Assembly (NCBI GenBank): GCA_965153285.1
Contig: OZ229115.1
Length of the DNA stretch: 64,000 bases
Direction: 5' to 3' (one strand)
Source: Podarcis tiliguerta
Taxonomy: Eukaryota
Made by a program: the position numbers and the translations under genes. Positions 26,304 through 37,117 of the stretch are shown here, piece by piece. Under the pieces are notes generated by a model. It saw only the letters and a list, made by a program, of their open reading frames with translations. It searched no databases and was not told the origin of the DNA. The first letter of the stretch is position 1. Each line of letters opens with the position of its first letter.

Positions 26304-26536
26304 GAATAAATTCCTATGCCCCACAAATAACCCAGAGATGTATTTTAAATAAAAGCACACATTTTACTCATGCCAAAACACCAGGCAGGCCCCACAAATA
26401 ACCCAGAGATGCATTTTAAATAAAAGGACACATTCTACTCATGTAAAAACACGCTGATTCCTGGACCATCTGCGGGCCACATTGAGAAGGCGGTTGGGCT
26501 GGATCTGGCCCCCGAGCCTTAGTTTGCCTAACCATG
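26195..26536 (-). mobile_element. OC1-like hAT MITE with an internal ~70-bp tandem duplication and (TAT)n
   Basis: 8-bp TSD ATCTAAAT; reverse complement of the 12570 element. Confidence 0.9.
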
Positions 26537-27075
26537 ATCTAAATGGTACACATATCACCTAAAACCACAAAAACCTTTTTCCTCCTCCTCCTCCTCCTCC
26601 AGAACTGTAGCTTTATTCATGTGCTATGTTATGCAAATTCAGTTGCGGAACCAATTAAAACTCATGACTGACTGAGTTCTTTAATCAGACCTATTAATAG
26701 TAATTGAAGAGAGAGGTGTCGGGATCTTCATTTGGATAGGGTTCTGCTTCAGCAGCAGCAGATCACACTTCTCCTGAGAGATTTCTGACTCACAGGTTGG
26801 GGCCATCTATCTCATAGACATAAGCCACACAAATCCATAAATCCAGCCATGGTGATTTATTTTCACCCAGTTTACAGACTGATTTGGCTGTCCATCCAAG
26901 GAGAGCAACTATTTTGCTTCCTCTTTCTTGCTTGGCTAAAAGAATGTGAAAGTACCCTGATGACAGGTTCTCTGAAGCAGTATCTGCATCCTGCTTTATA
27001 CTTGCTTACAGAGTCTTGTGCAATTGCATTGTGAGGTGGCCCAGACAAGTGAAGAAGCATAAGAAGTGCTGTCAC

Positions 27076-27077
27076 CA

Positions 27078-27111
<34 letters not shown>

Positions 27112-27162
27112 CAGACAGACAGAGACAGACAGAGACAGAGACAGAGACAGGCAGGCAGGCAG
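27076..27162. repeat. Compound microsatellite (CA)n(GA)n(GACA)n; other simple repeats at 6328-6360, 22260-22282, 24880-24917, 25495-25525 and 32951-33012
   Basis: Visible tandem repeats. Confidence 0.9.
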
Positions 27163-27322
27163 ACACGTGCAATGGGATGCATTGGTATTAACTCCAGAAA
27201 CAGCCACAGAAAAAACTCTGGCATCAGAAGTGTCTTTCACTCAGAATGAAGAGGAGAGGGGCAGTTGATCCTGAGAGGCTCAGGACCGAATCAAAGTGAC
27301 AAAGAATCTTGTGGCATCTTAA

Positions 27323-27740
27323 GTACGTTTCCAAGCACAATTCGAATTCTTGGTGCTGGCCTTTAAAGGCCTGAACGGCCTCAACCCAGTATACCTGAAG
27401 GAGCATCACAACCCCCACCATTCAGCCCAGACACTGAGGTCCAGCTCCAAGGGCCTTCTGGCGGTTCTCTCACTGCAAGAAGTGAGGTTACAGGGAAACA
27501 GGCAGAAGGCCTTCTCAGTAGTGGCGCCCTCCCTGTGGAACGCCCTCCCATCAGATGTCAAGGAAATAAGCAACTGTCTGACATCTGAAGGCAGCCATGT
27601 TTAGGGAAGTTTTTAATGTTTGATGTTTGACCGTGTTTTTAATATTCGGTTGGGAGTCTCCCAGAGTGGCTGGGGAAACCCAGCCAGATGGGCGGGGTAT
27701 AAATAATAAATTGTTGTTGTTGTTGTTTGTTTGTTTGTTG
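27323..27740 (+). mobile_element. L2 LINE 3' fragment with a (TTG)n tail
   Basis: VLAFKGLNGLNPVYLKE…AFSVVAPSLWNALP; same family as 40618-42410. Confidence 0.9.
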
Positions 27741-28483
27741 TAAGCCAACAAACTGTTTTTGGCATAACCTTCCACAGGCTAGAGCAGTGTTCTTGGGCGC
27801 CCAGGTGTTTGTCGGGACTAAAGCTTCTATCCACTTAATCCACTTAATCAAAAGTGTTTTATTGTGGGCATATGTCTGTTTCAAGAGGCAAAAGGTTGTG
27901 CCTCTGGGGGTGAAGTCAAACGGCTGCATTAGCAGCACCAAAATGATATGCCTGGGATGCAAGCCTGGGCAGTATGCATCACACACACCAGATTCTGCCA
28001 AGGTTGGGGAGGGGGCCTGGCATGCGCATGTAACACTATGCGGCATGAGGAGACCCAGTGTGGCCTATCGTAGAAGGCCTGGCAGGGCCCACTGCAGGCC
28101 ATGGAATATTGAGGGGGCCTGGCATGTGCCTCCTTGAAAATTTTTTTTTGGGGGGGGGATTCGGTCCTGGGCGATCAGAAGAAAGAAAGAAAAAACTCTC
28201 TCTGCCTCACTGATGTGGTCAAAAGGAAAGCAGACCAATACATTTGGCACCAGCTTGGCTGCAGGAGTTGCTAAAAGGAGGCATACAAGGGACCATCCTT
28301 CGGGACTCTACTCCAGATTTGTGTAGAGTTTACTCCTCAGCCCTTTCTTCTCCCAAAGATATCCAACAAGGCAGTGGAGGTTTGGACCCTCCAGTTTTTA
28401 GTGATTGTTGAGGATGGGCCCTGCTCATTTTAAACCTTCCAGGCAAGTTCATGTGCAGCAGGCTGTGAGATAGCATAAAACTA

Positions 28484-28733
28484 CCATAGATTCCGGCGTA
28501 TTAGGCAACTGGGCATATAAGACCCCCCAAATTGGCAGCTGCCAATTTGGGGGGTCGACTTATACGCCCAGTCTTATACATGGCTTAGCATTGCTGGGCA
28601 GCTTCCTTCCGGCACGGAGCCTGCCGCCCACTGCCGCTGCCCAGCGAACCCATACCCAGCGTATAAGATGACCCCTGACTTTTTAGAGGATTTCCCAGGG
28701 TTAAAAAGTTGTCTTATATGCCAGAATCTATGT
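28484..28733. mobile_element. Tc1/mariner-type MITE with an internal perfect palindrome
   Basis: TA|ccatagattccggcgtattaggcaact … agttgtcttatatgccagaatctatgt|TA. Confidence 0.75.
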
Positions 28734-30243
28734 TACTAAGCTCATGTGCCGTGTTCAGCTGTTGCTATGACATGCTGTTTACTGATAGCACTGTTACTGT
28801 TGTTATGTGTGGCAATATGGCGTGCAAATGTGAACACAGTTTCTCAGGGATGTCAAATCTCGACAGAGATTTGAAAATGTTAAAGCCGCACTGTTCTGCT
28901 TTGAAACACTGAATATGCAACAGTGTCATTTACGTTGGCTCCTCATATTGCCATAGGGCTAGCCGAGAGCATGATGCAGAAAGCATTTTGATACCACCCA
29001 GCCATTAATAAAGTTATCTGAGAAGTTTATTATTATTTTAACCCCAATATGGACAGTGTCAGAATGAAAACAGCAAAGTGCCAAAGAACTGAAGCATGTT
29101 CTTTAAGCTAGAAAGCCTGGAAAAATAAAAACCACTGCATATAGGTTTCAAATGAGTTTCTCTGGGGAGAGTATTTCACAACCAGGGTACCACCACAGAA
29201 AAGTCCCCAAAAAAGTATTAGAGTCAAACGAATACAATAAGTCGAGGTACTATAGAAACGTCATGTATTTCTGTGATATAGTATGACAAGATTTGAAAAT
29301 TTTGTAAAGTAAAGAATTCATTGATGCGATATTATAGACTGTCTGCATTTCAGTGTTGTGAAACCAGCTTAGGCCGTTTGGTTATCATTGTATACTCTGT
29401 GAGCCAAAAGCCATAGACTGAATGTCTGTAAAGTTTTAAAACCTTTTCATATCTGTTTCTTTACTACGTTGACTTTATTTATGATTTGATGTGTTGAGAG
29501 AGTACAAGATGGCAGGTTTATAGTAAACTCTGCCTTTTAGAGCAAAGCAGATCAAGAGAGGCAAGGAAATCCTGGCCAATCCGAATAATGGCAATGTAAC
29601 AATGATACCATGTTTTCCAAGTGGGCTATCCAGTAGCTGTGCAGACTTTGATTTGTAGCTTAGAAGACAGTGTATGGGTCATTCGGTATTCTTTGCAGTC
29701 TGTACTGATTTCTCTGTTTGCCTGACGACAGTGTGGGTTAGTGGTAACATGGCAAAATGTTTGAGATGTCTAGAATTTCTGGAATTCTGTTAACTGGGTT
29801 TCACACTTAAATGGCAGATTGTGCGTTCCTCTTTTTCATCGAGAAGGGTATCCATGTTAGTAACATAAGTAGAGTTTTGTGGCTGCAAAAAGAGAGAGAA
29901 ACTAACAAAAATTAAGAGCCTCTGAAAGCTCACGCCACAATAAATTTCTTGTTTGAGGGTGGCTTGCTTATTGTGGCAGAAGCATCCATAGATGTCTCAA
30001 GACTCCTCTGGGTTTTTTGTTTTTGTTTTTAATCTCCTGTTTATTTTGCATAGAGAGGCTTCATCTGCAATTTAGGCAGATGGTATCATTATAATAATGC
30101 ACTTTTTAAAGAAAAGGACATAAAGAACCAACCAAGCTCTTCTTAGCTGGGACTGTAACCCTGCTCTGTGTGTGCAGAGAGCTGTGAGGAGAGTTGTTTG
30201 TCCGTGTTTTGCGGTTCCTTGTCTCGCCAGGACCTGCCAGCTG

Positions 30244-30396
30244 CCAATGCCTGGCTCCCTTTTAGTGTATTATGGGCTAAGCCTGGGGCGAGCGGAGCTG
30301 ATAAAAACCAGACACTCATTATTAATGAAAGAAGTTGATCATGGTGATGGCTGGAGGGAGAAGTAGAGGGAGCCTAAGCACTGCAGGCTGGGCTCG
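30244..30396 (+). promoter_or_regulatory. Candidate alternative promoter/first exon
   Basis: Ordered CCAAT (30244), GGGGCG (30285) and GATAAAA (30300), followed by donor TCG|GTATGT at 30396/30397. Confidence 0.3.
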
Positions 30397-31587
30397 GTAT
30401 GTGGGGACTTGGGACCGATAGAAAGAGCTGAAAGCATCTTGGTGGTGCCTAGGCAAACCAGATGGGGTGAGCGGGAGAGACATAGGCTATTCTTTCTCAT
30501 TCAAGGGAGGGGCACTTCATCTGGGAGGGAAATTAAACCCCTATTTGTTTACTGTTCTTGCTTTCCTTGAAAATAAATACAAACCCCACTCCTACTACAT
30601 TGTGTGGGGCAAATTCTTCCTGTCACTGGAATGAATCTCTCATCTTTGCTTTCTCATTTTTTTCCAGGCTGAAGTTCAGTTCTCCACATTTCTGCACCGG
30701 GTTGTGATCCCCCCCCCTTTCTTTCTTTTAAAAAAGCCCTTGTGAAAATTCATCAGCCTAATATCAGTATAATACTGATACTCGCATGTTTGTGTGCAGT
30801 TTGGTCTGATCTGCACATTTTTTTGCCAGAAATTGTCCCTAAATATAATGCCTTTTTAATGTTACATTCACTAATATTTGAATTTTAATGCACACTTTTC
30901 CCTGATAATCCACATTTTGTACACTTTATGGCCAGAAAACTACATTGTGGCACGTGGAGAAGTGTGGATTTTAAAGGATAGCTGTGTTTAGATTCACATA
31001 TTTTTTTGGAAAGCGTGCCTTAGGTAGGTTTCAATTAACATTTGAACCATATTTCTCTATCATCTCTTCTCACCGTAATTCTCCCATTACACCTCAAGAA
31101 ATGCAAGTTCTGTCTGGCTATAAGGCCTTGCTCTCAGCAAGAAGCTTCACGGCTGCATCAGATTGTCCAAGCACTGCCATCATATTTTCCTCTCCTTGCT
31201 GTTGCCCCGATAGCTTTCTTTACTGCTTGGAGTGGCAGCAAGTGCCTCCATTCTAAATGCTGTGTTTCTTTACAATACCTCCCTTGCAGGTTGTCATAAG
31301 CAGACATGTCAGCCAGGATAGAACAGAAATAATACAAAGCAATTGTATGGCCTGTGGGCCTTACTACTGCATACTGTGTTTGGAGATGAATGTGCAATCT
31401 GGATCTTGTGGACTGATAGGTGCTTGATTGGTTTTTCCTTTTGGCCACGGGGCTGGGTCAGACCACTGGGGCTCCCTGTTGATTTCTGTGGATGTGGGCA
31501 GAGCTGCTTGAGGTGAGGTGATCATTCAGAAAGGAGGGCAAGTGAAGGCATGCTCAGGAGATGAGGCAATGCAGAGCTGCCCTTTGA

Positions 31588-32016
31588 TCATGGAATTGGA
31601 AGAGACCCCAGTGTTTCCCAAACTTGGGTCTCCAACTGATTTCAGACTACAATTCCCATCATCCTTGGCCACTGGTCTTGCTAGCTAAGGATGATTGGAG
31701 TTGTAGTCCAGCTAGAGACCCAAGTTTGGGAAAAACTTAATCTAGTCCAACCCCCTGCAATGCAGGAATCTCAACTAAAGCATCCATGGCAGATGGCCAT
31801 CCAACCTCTGCTTAAAAACCTCCAAGGAAGCAGAGTCCACCATCTCCCAAGGGAGATGGTTCCACTGTCAAACAGCTCGTACTGACAGAATGTTCATCCT
31901 GATGTTTAGTTGGAATCTCCTTTCTTGTAACTTGAAGCCATTGGTTCAGGTCCTACCCTCCAGAGCAGGAGAAAACAAGCTTGCTCCACCTTCCATGCGG
32001 CAGTCCTTTAGATATG
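31588..32016 (-). mobile_element. CR1 3' fragment with a hAT MITE inserted at 31609-31738
   Basis: CR1 tail and ORF2 end on the minus strand; the insert has TIRs cagtgtttcccaaacttgggtctc / gagacccaagtttgggaaaaact. Confidence 0.85.
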
Positions 32017-32645
32017 TACAGCGTTCTAACTGGGAAGCACCAGAAAAGTAGAACTCTTAGCCCAGAGAGTGAAGCTGCAGCACTTCCCCAGATACGATGT
32101 CAATAATTTCTGTGCCCAAAATTATATGCCAGGGAAATAAGAACAGAGTAGTTTATGGAAATTCCTCTGTATTTGCTTAATGTGTATAAGCCTATTATCT
32201 GGAACATAATATTTGGGTTTCCAAAGAATTTAGAGTATTTTCCCAAGGGCTGCAGGAGCAGTTCATCTGTCATGGGTGGCAAGGTGTGTGGGTTTAGTAA
32301 CTGGAAGGGCTCGCAACTGTGGGGAGGGGCTTTTCATGATGCATAGTGTGGAGTTGCTGGAACCGCTCCTGACCTTTTGCATTTGTTTTCTCTGCCTGCA
32401 ACCACGAGGGTTCGAAAAACGTAAATTCAAAGTCTCAAAACAGTCAAGTCCTGGGCACAAGCCCAGATTGAATTTAGAGGACTTGGAGCGGGATTGTCAC
32501 AGCTCTGTGATCGCATTTTATTTGCTACATTAAACACACACCCCAGATCATAGGCAGAATATCGTAACTGTCTTGCTCCCAGGATTCTGTTTGTGCTTCC
32601 TTGAGGGGTTTATGTGTGCAGTTGGACTGGACCAAGAGGGAAGGA

Positions 32646-32669
32646 ATGAAACAGGGTAAAACTAGGCAG
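32646..32669 (+). other. Candidate 3' end of an alternative first exon (MKQGKTRQ, phase 0)
   Basis: ATG at 32646, eight codons, then a consensus donor CAG|GTGAGT in unique sequence. Confidence 0.3.
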
Positions 32670-32950
32670 GTGAGTGAGTGAAAGGAGTGTGTGTGGGGGG
32701 GGAAGCATCTGTTTTGCTTTGCTCAGAAATAATTTTGCTTCTTGCTATTTCTGTACCGTCTTGCCAAGCCTCCCTTCTTTGGAATGAATAATTCCATTAT
32801 CTGGACTCCTGTAAGTCAGGGTGTATATATGAGAAGCACCAAGATTCCCTTTAGGGGCCGATCAGTCTCTGAAGAAAATGGTTTTTCTTTGTCATGGAAA
32901 ATATGCAAATATTCTTTCAGCCCTGTAAATCAAAAGGTGTTGGCCAAATA

Positions 32951-33004
<54 letters not shown>

Positions 33005-33928
33005 GGGGGGGGGACTGACACTGAATTCAGTACTTGCTAATCCTAACAAAAAAAACCTTGCTCACTAGCAGCTATCAGAATTAGAATCTACAATCTAAAC
33101 AGTGAGCTGGCTGTGTTTAAATTTGGAAGAAGACAGTTGCTCTCTGCACAAGTGCCTGTTGGAAATGATGCTGGGCTGCTGTGGCTCAAGTTACTGCTAC
33201 TGCAGGCTCACTCTTTCTGCCCTCTGTAGGGGTTACTGGACACATGTCCTTTCCTTCGGTGCCAGAACCAGAGACAGCGCTAGGAAGAGTTCAGGGGTTC
33301 TGGCTGTGGTTGGTTGGAATGTCCAGTGGCAAGACCCAAACTTCAGTAGTGGGGGCTTGGGGGCTTCAAGGAATGGTTAGGACCAGCTGTTCCAAAACAT
33401 TTCATGATGGGGGACACTAAATAGAAGGTCACTTAGCATGGAGGAGCTTCCTATTGGCCTCACCCCATGCACCGGAAGAGATTTCTCTCTCATCCTAATT
33501 ACTCTTGAGAATTGTGTCCCACACAGTCACATTGGGAGGCTGGTAATACTCAAGTCTGTCAGAATTTCTTTTGATGTACCCCACCCAACTGTTTGGGAAT
33601 CTGCAGTTAGGTGTGCAAATATGGGGGGGGGGATTCCTGGTGTTTCAGCCTTCTTGATGGACAAGTGTTTTTATGGTGTGGGTACAGAGCTGAGAGGTAT
33701 AATTGTCACAATATTAAAATATCCCAATATTTATTGCAGTTAACCTTTGGCTAGACTTCATACACGAATGATTCCTGTGTGCCTGCATTTTGTGACATCC
33801 ACGTAACACACAATGCATGCAGAGCATCATTTATGTGTGGGCGCATCTGTGTAAATTGTGGCTGTTGCCTGCAATAGGCTTGCAGGGTGTGATCACGGCC
33901 CCTCCCTCCCAAATTAGTGTACACAATA

Positions 33929-34133
33929 AAAAATTCCTTCCAGTGGCACCTTAGAGACCATCTAAGTTTGTTATTGGTATGAGCTGTCGTGTGCATGCCA
34001 ATGGTATCTGAAGAAGTGTGCATGCACACAAAAGCTCATACCAATAACAAACTTAGTTGGTCTCTAAGGTGCTACTGGAAGGAATTTTTAAATTTTGTTT
34101 TGACTATGGCAGACCAACATGGCTACCTACCTC
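33929..34133 (+). mobile_element. Penelope-like element pseudo-LTR remnant in an inverted-repeat configuration; weaker remnants at ~22040-22082 and ~29840-30015
   Basis: ~70-bp inverted arms (33929-33998 and ~34020-34089), followed by gaccaacatggctacc, typical of reptile PLE ends; contains a hammerhead motif. Confidence 0.8.
34002..34043 (+). ncRNA. Minimal type I hammerhead ribozyme motif, probably inactivated (GAAA to AAAA)
   Basis: tggtat-CTGAAGA-a-gtgtg(catg)cacac-AAAA-gcTC-atacca: 6-bp stem I, CUGANGA core, palindromic stem II, minimal stem III. Confidence 0.7.
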
Positions 34134-36035
34134 TAACTAAAATTAGTGTACGTTTTTCAAGGTGAAGCTATGATTCCACATGTGTTGGGTATTGTTACAT
34201 GGGCATTGATCATCATGAGCTAAATGTTAACACATGGAATAGCTCAGAACTCTTATTTACAAGGCCTATAGCCTGGGTTAGATTTTGTAGAGCCTCATAC
34301 GAGGGAGACTGTTGGAAGCCCAAGCTGAAAAAGCTGCCCTCTCTTCCGGAGAAGCTGCTTGTGCGTTTGTGATAGACAGATTGAAATGGACTGATGTTGT
34401 TTGTGATGGCTGAAACCAAGTCACAGAGGTGTCAAGATGTGCTCCAGTCAGGAAATGGTCTTTCTCTTCTGCTGCCAGGGGGCTACAGTGTCCACATCGC
34501 AGAATATCAGCCATGACAACTCTATTAAATGAATTCTCTTTCTTTTGAACTTTTGTGATTAAAGCTCTCAAGCAGTTCCTGCCTTTGAGCTGTGAGTAAC
34601 GGGGTTGGGGAGATGGAAGTGAGAAACATGTGCAAGACAGAGAGTCAGGGATACAGACAGGAAGAGATGGAGGCAGGGAGGGACAGCATTGGGAAAACAG
34701 GGCAAAGGAGCAGGAGGGGAATGGAGGGGTGTCAGTGAGAGACAGGCTGATGCAGAGGGACAAAGGATAATGATAGGCTGAAGGGAACCGGGAGCTGTGA
34801 ATTTGTGTAGCTGGGAGTTTTCCAGCATCCACGGACAATTTCAGGGCACAGAGGAAGAATAAAGAACAAGGAAAAAGAGGAGAGGCAATACTGAAGCCAC
34901 AGCCATCTAAAGCACCACTTTTTTGTGGTCTCCCTTCTGCAGTTTTATTTAGTGGAATTACCAATATTTCATCTGCATGTGAATACATATTATTGCCCCC
35001 TTCCCCACATCACATCCATCCTCCCCACCCCCCTGCATCTATACACCCACCAACATCACACTATAGGGTTATTAACAATGGCATCACGTTGCTCAAAAGA
35101 AGTGATAATTTTAATACAATTTTTCTTCAACAGGCTGAATTAGTGCATTATATCCAAAATGTAAATAGGGGAAAAAAAAATATTAATGCAGAGTTGGTAT
35201 ACCCAAAGCCCAATGCAAACTTAGGTGGGTGCAAGGCTAGTTGGTATATGTGATTAAAGAGATACTGATTGGTTATATGTTGAAAACAAGAATACAAAAT
35301 ACAGAAGAAAATCCACTTTTAACAGTCATGGCTTCCTTCTCAAAATTGTGTGAACTGCAGTTTGCTAATGGGTGCTCTGTGGGCGGTAAGCTGAAGTTCC
35401 CAGGATTCTTTGGGGGAAGCCAAAGTTTATACCTAATATAAAGTATCTTTTTATTGTATACCAGAATAAAAGAAATATTTTTAACATCTAATCTAAAAAG
35501 AAACAGGAGCAAAGGGAAGGGAAAAGAAACAGAAGAAAGGGAAGGAGGGAAGAAAAATTGAAAAACAAAAAGATGAAAAGACTTCTGATTCTCTTTCTGT
35601 CAGCCAAATATAGTAACTTGTTCAAAGTATTCACTCAAATTGGCATCCAACTATTTTGTTTTCTAGAAACCAATATTTTTTGAATCTTTAAATCCAGATG
35701 TTACAAGTTATGCAAAAAGTCCATAAGAAGTTTCCAATACTTAATAAATGTCAATACTTATTTTTCTTAGAGTAAACACATTTCTTCCTTTGCCTCAGGA
35801 GGGCTCTTGGGCTCGCTCTGGCTTTTGTCACTTTCTGAAGTAGCCAGTGTCTCCCTTAGAGTACTCTTCCCCAACGCTGCTAACCTTCTGCATCCTCACA
35901 TATAATATTCCCAACATCCTTTTATCCTTAACAGCACGTTGGACTCCTGTAGCAGGTTTGCAGCTTCTGTGTGCATGTGTGAATGGCCTTTTATGCTACA
36001 GCTTCCCAGCTGCCCTGATTCCTCTCAGTCCCCGG

Positions 36036-36218
36036 CATAAAAGGGGTAGACCAAGACCACACAGTGCGTCCAGGGCTGAGCTGGGATTTGGAGCCCAGCT
36101 TCTCCTGGTCCGAGTCCAGTTTTCTATTCCCTGGAACCACACTGGTTCAAACAAGGTGGCTGCTGTTTTTGGACAGTGTTTTCCTGGTCCTGGCAGTTAG
36201 TCTGAGAGCTTCTGGCGG
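36036..36218 (+). promoter_or_regulatory. Candidate TATA-like promoter and ATG-free non-coding first exon
   Basis: CATAAAA at 36036, a GC-rich ATG-free stretch of ~150 nt, donor CGG|GTGAGC at 36218/36219 and a second possible donor at 36260/36261. Confidence 0.35.
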
Positions 36219-36891
36219 GTGAGCGACATCGTCAAGAACTTGAAGGGACTGGATTTATAAGTGAGTTCGCCCCTTCAGAATAGACCATTGAGACTGGGAG
36301 CCTCAAATTGCAAAGCCGACCATGTTTGCTTGGCAGGTTGGCCTTGGCCATTCTGGCAGCTTTGCCGGTAGGAGGTATGTAACCTGCCACTTTTCCTTGG
36401 CCAAAGGCTGGAAGTTCACAGGAGGATACTTCTGAAGTAATGTTTTCTTCCATGGGAGTGATTTTGAAATGTGTGTGTGGAGGAATCCATGTTGGAACCA
36501 GAAGTGGAACAAATTGGGTGCTCACCTTGCTCCCTACCCCCCGGAAAATCAGTTCATAGGAGTTGGCAAAAATATGTCATATCTTCCTTTGAGATCTTAG
36601 AATCCACTTGGATGACCACTTCTGCTTTAATCCTTTGAACACATATGTTTAAAAAGCAACAAAGTGATCCAAACTAGGGAGATTGTAAGATTTCCTGCCT
36701 TAAATGAGAGATAATCTACATGTGGAACTACCTGGACCGCAAACTCTGGTTATCTTCCCTGTTACTGGTGTCTTGCTGGTACCTGACTTCTCTCTCTTTC
36801 AGCAAGCTTTGAACTCTCTTGTTGTTTGGGTATATTGACTGTCTTGAAATCATCGTTTGCGGCTTTTAGTTTCTCATTGTGCTATATATTA

Positions 36892-37117
36892 CAGTGGTAC
36901 CTCGGGTTAAGAACTTAATTCGTTCTGGAGGTCCATTCTTAACCTGAAACTGTTCTTAACCTGAGGTACCACTTTAGCTAATGGGGCCTCCCACTGCTGC
37001 TGCACTGCTGCTGCGTGATTTCTGTTCTCATCGTGAAGCAAAGTTCTTAACCCAAGGTACTATTTCTGGGTTAGTCGAGTCTGTAACCTGAAGCGTCTGT
37101 AACCCGAGGTACCACTG
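36892..37117. mobile_element. Tigger-like MITE, 226 bp
   Basis: TA TSD and CAGTGGTACCTCG TIRs; paralogous to 12910-13135. Confidence 0.9.

Noticed and set aside
33262-33281. REST/NRSE-like motifs (also ~34821-34840)
   Set aside because: Mismatches or a spacing change affect the conserved CAGCACC..GGA core.
34278-34988. 236-aa minus-strand ORF
   Set aside because: It arises from a purine-skewed tract (C/S/P/L-rich translation), with no domain or splice support.
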